The notes: a model not told the origin generated them from the sequence alone. A stretch of 64,000 bases of DNA from an uncultured Mariniplasma sp. (GCA_964553665.1 CAZKLF010000002.1:5100-69099); one strand, 5' to 3'. Numbered from the stretch's first letter, positions 47,824 to 58,953 are shown. Made by a program: numbers and translations.

Positions 47824-50427
47824 ATGATTAAAAAAATAGGATTCATGGTAATCGCTTTACTATTGTCAACTCTTTTTAGTTGTGTAGAGATTATAGATAC
47901 GAATCCCTTAGCTTTAAACCTAGATACAATCAACCTATCTTCTGAAAATAGAGGTGTTGAAATCCAATTGATTCTTGATGAAACAAAATTGACCGTCGAC
48001 TCTACGAACATATTAACTTATGGGGTTATTTATCAACCTGGTGACGAAACAGACATGAAAGAATTGATATTCAATGATGATGCAATTATCATTGAGAACC
48101 AAGATTTGACAATGGTTATTTCCAATATTGATTCTGTTGATTATAACCAACAATTTTATTTTAGAATTTATTTTAAATATCTAGATGACAATAGTGAAGA
48201 ACAGATTGTCTATTCAAATGAAACATTAAGTTTCAATCTGTATGAAATGGCATTAGAAGGCGATTCATCATATGCAGAAGAGATTCTATTTATTGTAGAT
48301 AACGATGTTATCTCTGAAGTTGATTTTGATATGAATGTTACTGAGTATACAGTAAGTGCCACCTCAGTTACTTATGAAGTCTTAATGACAAAAGTTGATG
48401 AGGACATTCATATTACAGTTTCTCCTAATGATGGATATAGATTTACAAATCAGGTGACTCTCCTAATTAATGATGAACTTGTTAATGCATCTAAATATAC
48501 TATTGAAAATCAACTATTAACTTATATTTTTACAGATCCTAACACAACTGATTTGGAATCTTATGTTGATGTTGCAGTTACTTTTAATCCAGATGGTGGT
48601 TTTTGGAGTCGTGATATCTTTGAAAATTTCACTCCTCAAACAGTTTTATCAGTCACTTCATTAAATGATACAACGGGTCTGACACTTTCACTTGCAGATT
48701 CCTCAGTTTCTACACTTAGATGGTTTTATAAACTCTTTATCAAATACAATGATTTGTATGATGCATATGAAATTGTTTATACAGATGCTGCTGCGGCAGC
48801 AATCAGTGATCTAGTTTTACCATCATATGATTATGTATTAGCGATTCACGATAATTGTTCAGATGTAGCTGCAGTAGATGCAATTTCAAATTATTCAAAT
48901 GGATTAGACGAAATGCTATATATTATTTTTGATTCTGATATTTCATTATATACATCAGGTTCTATTCAAGCATCTTTCTATAGTGAAAGTAATCTATCAG
49001 TTCTCTATGAAGTTAGTATGAATGAAGCCGTAAGTCTTCCTATACCAAGTAAGCCAGAGTTTGAGTTTGTTGGTTGGAGTGATGGGGAAAGATTATTCAA
49101 CTCATTTCCTAGATATCAAGTAAAAGATAGCACGCTTCAAATTACATATGTTGCAATATGGGAGGCTGAAGTAATGAGTGATGTAGAATTGTATTTAGCG
49201 AATCTTATGCCTGATGATGTAGCAGAAGATCTAACTTTACCAACTAATTATAGCGATTTTTCAATTTCTTGGGTTTCGAGTGAGCCAGAAATAATAAGTT
49301 CTACTGGTACATACAGTAGACCATATCAGGCAACAACCGTAAATTTGACAGCTACCATACAATCTTCAGGAGAAACGTTAGTTAAAATATTCACAATAGA
49401 AGTTGCTGGATATAAATCATTAGCTGCTCCAATAGCCTCAAGTTATATCTATAGAGATTATGGACTTGTTACCGATGCATTTTTTGATACATTAGATGTC
49501 ATCAATTGTGCATTTATTAAAGCTGATGCATCAGGTGCATTATCAGGTTCGAGTGTCTTATCTAATATTAATTACTATATCATGCCTAAAGCTCGTGAAA
49601 GAGGAAATTGGGTTTTATTCTCAATTGCTCCTGATTCGGAATGGTCAACAATTGCTTCAAGTTCAACGAGAATCAATACGTTTGCTGATAATATTGTAGA
49701 TATGATTAACTTATATGGTTTTGATGGTGTTGATATTGACTGGGAAACACCAACATCAACAGAAGCAACAAGATTTACTACAATGATGCAAGTAATCTAT
49801 ACAAAAGTAAAATCAAATAATCCAAATCATCTTGTTACAGCTGCCATTGCTGGAGGCATGTGGCAACCCCCAAGATACGATTTGCCTAATTCTCACCAAT
49901 ATCTTGATTTTATCAATATGATGACATATGGTATGGTATCTAATAATGGATATTATCAAAATGCATTATCAAAAAGCACAGTTTATGCCTCTGCAGCAAA
50001 TAGTGCTGGTAGAACGTTGACCAGTTGCTCGATTGAAGAGAGTGTTGTTATATATAATTCATATGGTATTCCAAATAGTAAAATCATTGCTGGCGTCGCT
50101 TTTTATGGCATTAGACAAAATCGAACCTATGACTCAGCAACATCAACATATTCGAGCTGGGTGAATGGAGGATCAGTCTCATTTACGTCTATTACGAATA
50201 TTTATTTAAATAATAGTAACTATCAGAACTATTATGACTCGAATGCTGGTGTTCCATATATCATTAGTAATGATGGCACAGCTTTTATCTCGTATGATAA
50301 CCCTAGATCTATTGCAGCTAAGAGTGCCTATATTATTGATAACGGCCTAGCAGGAATGATGTATTGGGAAAATGGATTAGATTCGACTGGAACTCTACTA
50401 TCAGCTATGGAAGTTGGACTCAAATAA
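47824..50427 (+). CDS. Modular lipoprotein with C-terminal GH18 (chitinase-like) domain
   Basis: Lipobox LFSC at Cys20; FDGVDIDWETP (DxDxE), DFINMMTY, ISYDNP, GMMYW; Ig-like/repeat N-terminal region. Confidence 0.88.
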   Translation: MIKKIGFMVIALLLSTLFSCVEIIDTNPLALNLDTINLSSENRGVEIQLILDETKLTVDSTNILTYGVIYQPGDETDMKELIFNDDAIIIENQDLTMVISNIDSVDYNQQFYFRIYFKYLDDNSEEQIVYSNETLSFNLYEMALEGDSSYAEEILFIVDNDVISEVDFDMNVTEYTVSATSVTYEVLMTKVDEDIHITVSPNDGYRFTNQVTLLINDELVNASKYTIENQLLTYIFTDPNTTDLESYVDVAVTFNPDGGFWSRDIFENFTPQTVLSVTSLNDTTGLTLSLADSSVSTLRWFYKLFIKYNDLYDAYEIVYTDAAAAAISDLVLPSYDYVLAIHDNCSDVAAVDAISNYSNGLDEMLYIIFDSDISLYTSGSIQASFYSESNLSVLYEVSMNEAVSLPIPSKPEFEFVGWSDGERLFNSFPRYQVKDSTLQITYVAIWEAEVMSDVELYLANLMPDDVAEDLTLPTNYSDFSISWVSSEPEIISSTGTYSRPYQATTVNLTATIQSSGETLVKIFTIEVAGYKSLAAPIASSYIYRDYGLVTDAFFDTLDVINCAFIKADASGALSGSSVLSNINYYIMPKARERGNWVLFSIAPDSEWSTIASSSTRINTFADNIVDMINLYGFDGVDIDWETPTSTEATRFTTMMQVIYTKVKSNNPNHLVTAAIAGGMWQPPRYDLPNSHQYLDFINMMTYGMVSNNGYYQNALSKSTVYASAANSAGRTLTSCSIEESVVIYNSYGIPNSKIIAGVAFYGIRQNRTYDSATSTYSSWVNGGSVSFTSITNIYLNNSNYQNYYDSNAGVPYIISNDGTAFISYDNPRSIAAKSAYIIDNGLAGMMYWENGLDSTGTLLSAMEVGLK

Positions 50428-50442
50428 AATATAAAATTAAAC

Positions 50443-50468
50443 AAAAAGGCACTTCATCGAAGTGCCTT
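50443..50468. terminator. Bidirectional terminator between convergent genes
   Basis: AAGGCACTT-catcg-AAGTGCCTT. Confidence 0.7.
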
Positions 50469-51204
50469 AAATTTTTGGCTCAAAGAATTCAAAAACTGTA
50501 TTGTGATAGTGGCTTTTCACAAAATCATATTCCTTTTGTGATCGAGCAGCGTAGCTTATGACAGTAAGACCTTTTTTCATAAGTTTATCTAAATATTTAT
50601 TTGGCATATCATAGATGCCGTAACTAACGAAATCTGGCTTAGTAAAGCGATTGAAGAATAACGATTTCATAAGGTATTTCGCTATAAAGTTCATCTTTTT
50701 ATCATCTTTGAAATATTCAGAAATTTGTCCTCTGATGATTTCGGGGTGGTATTTTTTGAACCATGAAACAACTTTAGGATGAAATGAAAAAATTGCCCAA
50801 GCACCTTGATAATCTTGTATTGTTTTCATAAATGATTCACATAAGAATATGACGTCTCCATGAGGTTTGAGTTCTATCAAGAGAGGGACTTTTCCATTGA
50901 TTATTTTTAATACCTGATCAAATTTAGGTATTTTTTCTTCAGTTTTTAATAACTTGAGATTTTTACATTCTTCATAGGTGACATCTCTTAATTCTCTATC
51001 ATCATTACACATTCTTTTGAAATGATGGTCATGAAAAGCTAACACTGTCCCATCTTTTAATACATTGATATCAAGTTCGATTGAATATCCTTTTTCCAAT
51101 GCTTTTGTGTATGATGCAATTGAGTTTTCTGGGACTGATAAATCAATGGAATGGAGTCCTCTATGAGCGATTAAATTATTTTGTATCCAGTTTAAATTTT
51201 TCAT
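50467..51204 (-). CDS. Glycerophosphodiester phosphodiesterase
   Basis: IAHRG, PENS, IELD, FHD, IELK; start 51204 after GGGGA RBS. Confidence 0.9.
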   Translation of the reverse strand: MKNLNWIQNNLIAHRGLHSIDLSVPENSIASYTKALEKGYSIELDINVLKDGTVLAFHDHHFKRMCNDDRELRDVTYEECKNLKLLKTEEKIPKFDQVLKIINGKVPLLIELKPHGDVIFLCESFMKTIQDYQGAWAIFSFHPKVVSWFKKYHPEIIRGQISEYFKDDKKMNFIAKYLMKSLFFNRFTKPDFVSYGIYDMPNKYLDKLMKKGLTVISYAARSQKEYDFVKSHYHNTVFEFFEPKI

Positions 51205-51211
51205 ATATCCC

Positions 51212-51814
51212 CTAAGGCATAAGCCCATAAATAAGCATTCCTAAAATTGCAGAAAATAAAATGATTTTAATGGGAGACATCTTCTTATAAAAGATGGTTG
51301 CCACCCCTATAATAATAAGGATGATAAGACCTTTATAATTGAATCCTATAAAATTAAAAGTTAAGCTCTCAAAATCAATATTAGGTAATGCTGCATGAAC
51401 GATCAATGCAACAGAAACACTTATGATCAATCCAATAACTACTGGTTTGAGACCCAGAAATACGCGGTTAACAATTTTACTTTCTAAGAATTTACTTCCA
51501 AGACTTGCTATAAGTAAAATAATAATAAATGAGGGAAGAGCAACACCTAAAGTGGTTGCAACTGCTCCAAGTAACGAAGCGCCTATCCCAATATGTTCAA
51601 ACTGACTCATTCCAATAAATGTAGCCATATTGACAGCGACAGGACCAGGAGTTGATTCGCTAATTCCAATGAAATTATAAAGAATTTCAGCGGATATATA
51701 ACCACCACCAACAAGTTCTGATTTAATCAGTGGAATCATAGCATATCCACCACCAAAAGTGAACAATCCTATTTTGAAAAACATCCAAAAGAGATTAAGC
51801 AGAGTGAGAAACAT
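51212..51814 (-). CDS. Short-chain chromate transporter (CHR family) subunit
   Basis: FKIGLFTFGGGYAM, SESTPGP, GVALPSF. Confidence 0.9.
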   Translation of the reverse strand: MFLTLLNLFWMFFKIGLFTFGGGYAMIPLIKSELVGGGYISAEILYNFIGISESTPGPVAVNMATFIGMSQFEHIGIGASLLGAVATTLGVALPSFIIILLIASLGSKFLESKIVNRVFLGLKPVVIGLIISVSVALIVHAALPNIDFESLTFNFIGFNYKGLIILIIIGVATIFYKKMSPIKIILFSAILGMLIYGLMP

Positions 51815-52373
51815 TTGCTTTCGCCTCCTTTAAATGAATCAGTGAACCATAGATAATACCTAAGATTGCACCGGCAATGAGTATGTATATGACGTTAAAA
51901 CTAGTGAAAAGTGCAAACAGTAAGGATGCAACCAAAACAAGAATAGCGAATAGGTCAAAATGTATCTTTTTTGATAATTTAAGTGCTGCTTTAAAAATCA
52001 ATATAGCGACACCTGCTTGAATACCTTTAAAAGCATAAGCAACCCAAGTTAATTGTTGGAATTGGACAATAAATAATGAAATAATCGATATGATGATAAA
52101 AGAAGGAATGATAACTCCTAATGTTGCGACGCAACTTCCTTTAAATCCTGCTATTTTATAACCAATGAAGGTTGCAGAATTAATAGAGAGAACACCGGGG
52201 GTAGATTCTGAAATAACGAGTATTTTTAAAATATCATCATCATCTGCCCATTGTTTTTTTTCAACAATCTCTTTACGCATGATTGGCATCATTGCATACC
52301 CACCACCGAAGGTAAGTGCACCAATTTTCAAGAAAGTAGTAAAGAGATTGAACAAATTGTGTTGTTTTTTCAT
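51795..52373 (-). CDS. Short-chain chromate transporter (CHR family) subunit
   Basis: LKIGALTFGGGYAM, SESTPG, GVIIPSF. Confidence 0.9.
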   Translation of the reverse strand: MKKQHNLFNLFTTFLKIGALTFGGGYAMMPIMRKEIVEKKQWADDDDILKILVISESTPGVLSINSATFIGYKIAGFKGSCVATLGVIIPSFIIISIISLFIVQFQQLTWVAYAFKGIQAGVAILIFKAALKLSKKIHFDLFAILVLVASLLFALFTSFNVIYILIAGAILGIIYGSLIHLKEAKANVSHSA

Positions 52374-52461
52374 CTTGACACCTCACCAAATAATTATAGC
52401 ATAAAAGATGTTTAGAGTTAACATTGTATGTTATAATACTTTTGCAAAGGATGGATAACAA

Positions 52462-54246
52462 ATGAGAAAACTAAGATTAATCATATTATTAATAATTTTC
52501 GCACTCGTTTTATTTGGATGCGATACGAATTCAACGCCAAACGATTTAGTAGCTCCAAACCTTATAGGAACAAAAAATATAATTCATTATATTGGTTCAG
52601 CTGATACAGATTATTTAGAGGGCATTAGTGCTGAAGATTCTACTGATGGTGATGTAACAAGCTTGATTATTGTTGATGATGATGAAGTTGATTTAACAGC
52701 TGTTGGGATTTATAACTTAACGTATATTGCATCTGATAAAGACGGAAACAAAAATTCAGTAACAATCCAACTCACTGTTATAGATTTAGAACAAAACCAA
52801 AGTCCAGATTATTTGAATATATTTTATATCAATGACCTTCATGGTTCAATTCTTGAAGATGATGATGATGATCAAATGGGATTGTCAAAAATTGCAAACG
52901 TGCTTTCATATGAGAATACAATAAGTCCATCTAACACTTTATTTATCGCAGGTGGAGATATTTTACAAGGGTCTTTACTATCCAATTATTTTAATGGATC
53001 TTCAACGATGGATATTATTAACAATATGCAACTTGAAGCATTTACAATTGGAAATCATGAATTTGACTGGGAAATTGACATTATCACTAATTTCAGAGAT
53101 CCAAATTCAGATAGCCTTCAAGTTGATTTTCCATTATTAGGAGCAAACATCTTTTTAGATGGAACAACAACAAGACCAACTAATATTGATGCCTATACAA
53201 TCATTGACAAGGGTGATTTAAAAATCGGTGTTATCGGTGTTGTTGGATTAGGGCTTGAAGATACCATTGCAACATCAAAAATTACAGGTTACTATTTTGA
53301 TGATCCGGTATATTGGACAGCGCATTATGCAGAATATTTAAGAGATGTTGAAGAAGTTGATGTCGTTTTAGCTGTGATTCATGATAATGACCGAGGATAT
53401 AATCAAGCAATGGGTAACCTAACAGGTAACCAAAGAATTGATGCTGTTTTTAATGGACACAGTCACTCAACTTATGTTCAGTATATAACAAGAACGGGTG
53501 CTAGAATGCCAGTTATACAATCTGGTTCGAATGGTACTAGTCTTGGTAAAGTCACACTTGAATTTAATGATATGAGACAAGTAAGTAATGCATTTGCTGA
53601 GAATTTAACTGAAATATCGGATGCAAGATTGAGGGAAACAAACAAATCGATCGATGCACTTATAGAAACATATGTCACACAGATACAACCATTGTTAGAA
53701 GACGAGATTATTGTATCAGGTGGATATATGTCGACTACTTCATTAACTTATTATATGGCAGAGCTGATACGGTTAGCATCAGATAGCGATATTGGATTTC
53801 ATAATTCTGGTGGAACTAGAGCACCTTTAAATAGTGGCGAAAAAATAACGATTGCTACGCTTTATCAAATTTTTCCATTCGATAATAAGATTAAAACGGT
53901 TTATTTAAGTGGGGCAGAAATAAATGAATTTAAAGATAGTGACTACGGAAAATATTATAGCACTAGAGTTAATAACATGATTTTTGAAGATGATCAATTT
54001 TATAAAGCAGCTACGAATGATTATGTATTTGATTCAACAAGAAATCCTTTTGTTTACGGAACGGATATTGATGATACCGGCATTTTGGTTAGAGATATTT
54101 TGGAAACAGTCTTGAGAAATCAAAAAGCAGCTGGATATGATTCATTCTTGATATCGAATCCGATTGTTTTAGGGCAGATTTCATCATTAGAAATTGCTTT
54201 ATATTTACCTAAGAAAAATTCATATAGTTCATTTTTATCAATGTAA
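52462..54246 (+). CDS. 5'-nucleotidase/metallophosphoesterase lipoprotein with N-terminal Ig-like (DUF5011-like) domain
   Basis: Lipobox LFGC; A.DS.DGDVT...VD...G.Y.LTY repeat; NDLHG, GGD, GNHEFD, GHSH, NSGGTR, FPFDN. Confidence 0.9.
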   Translation: MRKLRLIILLIIFALVLFGCDTNSTPNDLVAPNLIGTKNIIHYIGSADTDYLEGISAEDSTDGDVTSLIIVDDDEVDLTAVGIYNLTYIASDKDGNKNSVTIQLTVIDLEQNQSPDYLNIFYINDLHGSILEDDDDDQMGLSKIANVLSYENTISPSNTLFIAGGDILQGSLLSNYFNGSSTMDIINNMQLEAFTIGNHEFDWEIDIITNFRDPNSDSLQVDFPLLGANIFLDGTTTRPTNIDAYTIIDKGDLKIGVIGVVGLGLEDTIATSKITGYYFDDPVYWTAHYAEYLRDVEEVDVVLAVIHDNDRGYNQAMGNLTGNQRIDAVFNGHSHSTYVQYITRTGARMPVIQSGSNGTSLGKVTLEFNDMRQVSNAFAENLTEISDARLRETNKSIDALIETYVTQIQPLLEDEIIVSGGYMSTTSLTYYMAELIRLASDSDIGFHNSGGTRAPLNSGEKITIATLYQIFPFDNKIKTVYLSGAEINEFKDSDYGKYYSTRVNNMIFEDDQFYKAATNDYVFDSTRNPFVYGTDIDDTGILVRDILETVLRNQKAAGYDSFLISNPIVLGQISSLEIALYLPKKNSYSSFLSM

Positions 54247-54265
54247 AGGCTCTTTGAGCCTTTTT
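54245..54265 (+). terminator. Intrinsic terminator
   Basis: AAAGGCTC-ttt-GAGCCTTT plus T run. Confidence 0.75.
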
Positions 54266-54344
54266 ATTTGAATATAATACAGGTATCACTGGTATGTGAT
54301 ATAAAGATATGATAAAATAATAATATGCATTATGATAAAGGAGT

Positions 54345-56729
54345 ATGAACATGCAAAATACAATGAATAACCAAGAAACCTTCAAAGCAGCATTTTTAGA
54401 AGGGCTAACTAAGACTTTCAGTGTTGATTTAAAGGATTCTACAATATATCAAAGATATACAATTCTCGCTACACTTCTTGAAAAAAGTCTAGAAGATGAT
54501 TACGAAAAGACAAATGAGGTTGTTAGACAAAAAAACTTAAAAAAGACAATCTATTTTTCTATGGAATTTTTGATGGGGCGTTTGGTAACAAATAATCTTC
54601 AAAATAGTGGCCATTATGATGTTGTGAAAGCAGCATTCAAAGAAATGGGAATTGATTTAAATGAAGTTGAGCACGCAGAAAGTGATGCTGGCTTAGGGAA
54701 TGGTGGGTTAGGTAGACTAGCTGCTTGTTTCTTAGATTCTGCAGCATCTTTAGGGTTACCATTATATGGAAATAGCTTACGTTATCAGCATGGATTTTTT
54801 ATGCAGGAAATCAAAAATCACAAACAAGTTGAACATCCTGATCCATGGTTAAATGAGCCGTTTATATGGGAAACCAAGAAGGAAGATGAAGCAATTGATA
54901 TCCCTTTATTTGGTTATGTTGAACACACACACTTAATCAATCCTGTTTGGATTAAGGCTGTACCTTATGATGTTAAAATTGTTGGAGATCAAAATCACAT
55001 TGTTACTGCACTGAGATTATGGTCAACTGAACCAAGTGAGAAACATCAAGTACACGATGAGAATTATTTGAGAATTATTAAGGGTATTTCGGATTCACTT
55101 TATCCTGATGATTCAACGGAAGATGGTAAAACGTTAAGATTGATGCAGTCATATATCTTTAGTGCTGCTGGAGTTAAGGCTGCTATATTAGAACACAAAA
55201 ATATGGGTAGAGATGTTAGAGCAATCCCTGATTTTTATACTTTCCAAATCAATGATACACATCCAACGCTTATCATCCCAGAAATGATGCGTATTCTTAT
55301 GGACGAAGAATTTATAGGATATGATGAAGCTTGGGATATAACTACGCGATCATGCGCTTTTACAAATCATACAATATTATCTGAAGCCTTAGAAAAGTGG
55401 AATATTCAAATTTTTAGAAATTTATTGCCACGTATTTTTGAAATTGTTGCTGAAATGAATCGCCGATTCAAGCAAGTTCTTGAAACAGATGGAAGATTTA
55501 ATCGAGAACAGATGTATCTTATGAGTTTAATAGGACAACATCATGTACGTATGGCACACATTTGTATATATGGTTCATTTAGTGTCAATGGTGTTGCTGA
55601 ATTACATACAGAAATCCTAAAGCATCATGAAATGAAAAATTTCTATATGCTTTATCCTAAGAAGTTTAATAATAAAACAAACGGTATTACCCATAGAAGA
55701 TGGCTTATTCATACCAATCACGAACTAGTAAGTATTTTAGATGAAAAAATTGGAACTGATTGGAGAAAAGATCTTAGAAAATTCGAGTTATTAGACTGGA
55801 TGAGACAAGATGAAGATACTCAAACTAAGATTCATCAAATGAAGCTTGCAAAAAAACAAGTATTAGCTAATCGTATCTTTGAAGATCAAAGTGTCATGTT
55901 AGATGTCAATAGCATCTTTGATATCCAAGTCAAACGTTTACATGAATATAAAAGACAACTAATGAATATTCTACATATTGTTTATGTTTATCAAAGATTG
56001 AAAACAGATGCAGAGTTTAAAGCAAACTACTATCCGCATTCATTTATATTTGGAGCAAAAGCAGCCCCAAGTTATCATATGGCAAAACTCATTATTGAAC
56101 TTATTGATACTATTGCAGATGTATTTAATAATGATCCAGAAACAAACTCATTACTTAAGGTTGTCTTTGTAAGAAATTATAATGTGACCTATGCTGAATA
56201 TATTATGCCAGCAGCTGATTTATCAGAACAAATTTCAACGGCTACAAAAGAAGCAAGTGGAACGGGCAATATGAAGTTCATGATGAATGGAGCAATTACT
56301 ATAGGCACTATGGATGGTGCTAACGTTGAAATCGTTGAAAAAGCAGGATTATCAAACGAGATTATCTTCGGCTTAACTGCAGAAGAAGTGACGAATTTAT
56401 ATGCACATAATCACTATAAACCCAGAGAAATATATGATAGAGATGATCGTTTAAAAAGCATCTTTAGTTTTATTAGAAAATTAAAGCCAAACCCACAATA
56501 TTTCGATTACATATTAAATGCTTTATTGAACAGTGATTACTTCTTTGTCTTAAAAGATTTTGCAGCATATGTTGATGCTCATGAAAGAGCGAATGATGCA
56601 TATAAAGATCGTTCAAAATGGCTAGCAATGTCGATTGCTAATATTGCTCATTCAGGTTTCTTTACATCCGATAGAACGATTACACAATATAATAAAGAAC
56701 TTTGGAAACTTAAAAAAATTAGTTTTTAG
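54345..56729 (+). CDS. glgP: Glycogen/maltodextrin phosphorylase
   Basis: GLGNGGLGRLAACF, INDTHP, TNGITHRRW, QVKRLHEYKRQ, EASGTGNMKF (PLP Lys). Confidence 0.96.
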   Translation: MNMQNTMNNQETFKAAFLEGLTKTFSVDLKDSTIYQRYTILATLLEKSLEDDYEKTNEVVRQKNLKKTIYFSMEFLMGRLVTNNLQNSGHYDVVKAAFKEMGIDLNEVEHAESDAGLGNGGLGRLAACFLDSAASLGLPLYGNSLRYQHGFFMQEIKNHKQVEHPDPWLNEPFIWETKKEDEAIDIPLFGYVEHTHLINPVWIKAVPYDVKIVGDQNHIVTALRLWSTEPSEKHQVHDENYLRIIKGISDSLYPDDSTEDGKTLRLMQSYIFSAAGVKAAILEHKNMGRDVRAIPDFYTFQINDTHPTLIIPEMMRILMDEEFIGYDEAWDITTRSCAFTNHTILSEALEKWNIQIFRNLLPRIFEIVAEMNRRFKQVLETDGRFNREQMYLMSLIGQHHVRMAHICIYGSFSVNGVAELHTEILKHHEMKNFYMLYPKKFNNKTNGITHRRWLIHTNHELVSILDEKIGTDWRKDLRKFELLDWMRQDEDTQTKIHQMKLAKKQVLANRIFEDQSVMLDVNSIFDIQVKRLHEYKRQLMNILHIVYVYQRLKTDAEFKANYYPHSFIFGAKAAPSYHMAKLIIELIDTIADVFNNDPETNSLLKVVFVRNYNVTYAEYIMPAADLSEQISTATKEASGTGNMKFMMNGAITIGTMDGANVEIVEKAGLSNEIIFGLTAEEVTNLYAHNHYKPREIYDRDDRLKSIFSFIRKLKPNPQYFDYILNALLNSDYFFVLKDFAAYVDAHERANDAYKDRSKWLAMSIANIAHSGFFTSDRTITQYNKELWKLKKISF

Positions 56730-56985
56730 AAGATGGTCGAATGGCTAAACAAGCTTATTTAGACAATCCCATTAAAGAAACATTTTAATTTGTTTAATAA
56801 AAATGAATAGGGTGAGTTTTCTTATAGGGTTGGAGATTTGAGTGATATCACCGATCTTGATTTCAATTAAAAACCTGTTGAAAGTATCTCAATATCCATA
56901 ATAATTAATTGATTCATATAACACATGGTAAAATAGAATTAGATCATCAACCGGTGATTGTTCACACAACAAAGGATGACATAAA

Positions 56986-58944
56986 ATGAGAATTTTTATT
57001 GACGGTTTGAATCTACTTCGTATTGAAAGCAGTGAATACATATATCAAATCAAACTATATCAAAATAAAACGAACTGGTTAAGAAATGATGGTATTAATC
57101 AGTTTTTTTCGACTGAAAAACCAATTATACTGCATGATATAGATCAAATAGAAGTTAATGAACAAACATATCCTTTAGAAATTGGTGTTGTTTGTGTGAC
57201 TAAAGAATTCGAGAAAAAGTATAGATATGATGGTAAACTTGGTGTTGATTATCATACGTCATATAGCTTGTTTTCACTTTTTTCTCCAGTAGCAAAAGAA
57301 GTTTTTGTTGTTATTGATGGGAAAGAATACCAGATGAATTACCAAGAACCTATTTGGACAGTTCGAGTTGAAGGCAATCTAGAAGGTTTACCATACCAAT
57401 ATAAAATTAGATTAGTTAACAAATTTAAATTGGTTAAGGATCCTTACGCCATTGCAGCCAATTTAAAAGATAATATTATTGTTAATTTAAACAAAACAAC
57501 TCCTTTGCAAAAAACGCCAATCAAAGTGAAAAACTATGTTGATACTGTCATCTATGAAGGACATGTCAGAAACATGTCGATTAATTTAGATGTTGAATCA
57601 CAAGGTGTATTTGAAGGTTTGATAGAACATAGTAAAAAACTTAAAGGCTCAGTCATCCATTATATTAAGAAACTTGGTATGACTCATCTACAATTACTTC
57701 CTGTTTTTGATTTTGAAGGTGTAAATGACGTAGCTAAAAAAGATTTATATAATTGGGGCTATAATCCTAGTCAATATTTTTGTGTAGACGGATGGCTCTC
57801 AAAAGCCCCTGATGATCCATATGATAGAATCAATGGATTAAAAAAGGTTATTAATCATGCACATGAGAATAAACTTGGGGTTATCATGGATGTTGTTTTT
57901 AATCACGTTTACGACCACCTAACGTTTCCTTATGATGAAATTGTTCCGGGTTATTTTTATCGGCATACGAAAGAGTTTCATAATACACATGCGTGTTATT
58001 TGGATAACGATGTTGAAACGAGAAATTATATGGTAAGAAAATTAATCATTGATAGCTTAGTTCATTTTGCAAAGAACTACCAAATTGATGGCTTTAGATT
58101 TGATTTAATGGGGCTTTTGGATATTGAAACAATGTTAAAGATAGAAAAAGAACTTAAAAAGGTTAATCCATACATCATGCTTTATGGTGAAGGATGGAAT
58201 ATGATAAATGAAGTTTCTAACAAAAATCGCTCTAATCTCAATAATCAAGCGTTATTCCCCTCAATAGGACATTTTAATGACTCATACCGGAATATTATGA
58301 AGGGTGAACTTCATGGGCCAAACTTGGGGTATACTATGGGTAACAAACAACTTGAGACTAAAGCAATGGAAGTAATTATCGGATCGCCACATATGTTTGT
58401 TTCACCCAATCAATCACTTAATTACATTGAATGTCATGACAACATGACATATTATGATAAAATGCTAATAAATTGCGGATATGAAAATCCTAAATTTAAG
58501 GTTTGTCAAGATTTTGCGAACCATTTAATAGCGATTTCTCAAGGAATACCTTTTTATCATGCGGGTCAAGAGTTTTATAGATCTAAAAAAGGTATTGAAA
58601 ACTCTTATGATAGTCCTGATGAGATTAATCAGATTCATTGGAATATTCATGAAGAAGGCGTTACGAAATTAAAACAAGTTCTCAAACTTAGAAAAAAACA
58701 CAAACTATATCGTCAGACAAGCTTTAACAAAACAGTCTCTATTGTTAAAGAAGGACACTTATTAATCTATAAGTTAGAAGACGATAAAGAAATACTCGTT
58801 CATTACATAAAGAATCAATTTGATTTAGAGAAATTGCCATTATTGAATGGAGAACTTATATTCCCTTCTCAAAAGGTTCTTTCTGAAGATGATTATTTAT
58901 ATGTAGATAAACCAGGGATTTATATTATTCATATTCAAAAATAA
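56986..58944 (+). CDS. pulA: Type I pullulanase / debranching enzyme (GH13)
   Basis: NWGYNP, DVVFNH, GFRFDLMG, YGEGW, YIECHDN; no signal peptide. Confidence 0.9.
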   Translation: MRIFIDGLNLLRIESSEYIYQIKLYQNKTNWLRNDGINQFFSTEKPIILHDIDQIEVNEQTYPLEIGVVCVTKEFEKKYRYDGKLGVDYHTSYSLFSLFSPVAKEVFVVIDGKEYQMNYQEPIWTVRVEGNLEGLPYQYKIRLVNKFKLVKDPYAIAANLKDNIIVNLNKTTPLQKTPIKVKNYVDTVIYEGHVRNMSINLDVESQGVFEGLIEHSKKLKGSVIHYIKKLGMTHLQLLPVFDFEGVNDVAKKDLYNWGYNPSQYFCVDGWLSKAPDDPYDRINGLKKVINHAHENKLGVIMDVVFNHVYDHLTFPYDEIVPGYFYRHTKEFHNTHACYLDNDVETRNYMVRKLIIDSLVHFAKNYQIDGFRFDLMGLLDIETMLKIEKELKKVNPYIMLYGEGWNMINEVSNKNRSNLNNQALFPSIGHFNDSYRNIMKGELHGPNLGYTMGNKQLETKAMEVIIGSPHMFVSPNQSLNYIECHDNMTYYDKMLINCGYENPKFKVCQDFANHLIAISQGIPFYHAGQEFYRSKKGIENSYDSPDEINQIHWNIHEEGVTKLKQVLKLRKKHKLYRQTSFNKTVSIVKEGHLLIYKLEDDKEILVHYIKNQFDLEKLPLLNGELIFPSQKVLSEDDYLYVDKPGIYIIHIQK

Positions 58945-58953
58945 GGGAGGGTT

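Noticed and set aside
1395-53678. Many short antisense or alternative-frame ORFs in the track (e.g. 1395-1811, 2157-2468, 9326-9562, 10848-11123, 17254-17502, 23704-23979, 26783-27127, 49496-49699, 53478-53678)
   Set aside because: They lie wholly within confidently assigned genes and have no RBS or motifs; these are shadow ORFs
56730-56900. Minus-strand IEIKIGDITQ resembling a macro-domain start in the glgP-pulA gap
   Set aside because: The similarity stops after about 10 residues; no further macro motifs
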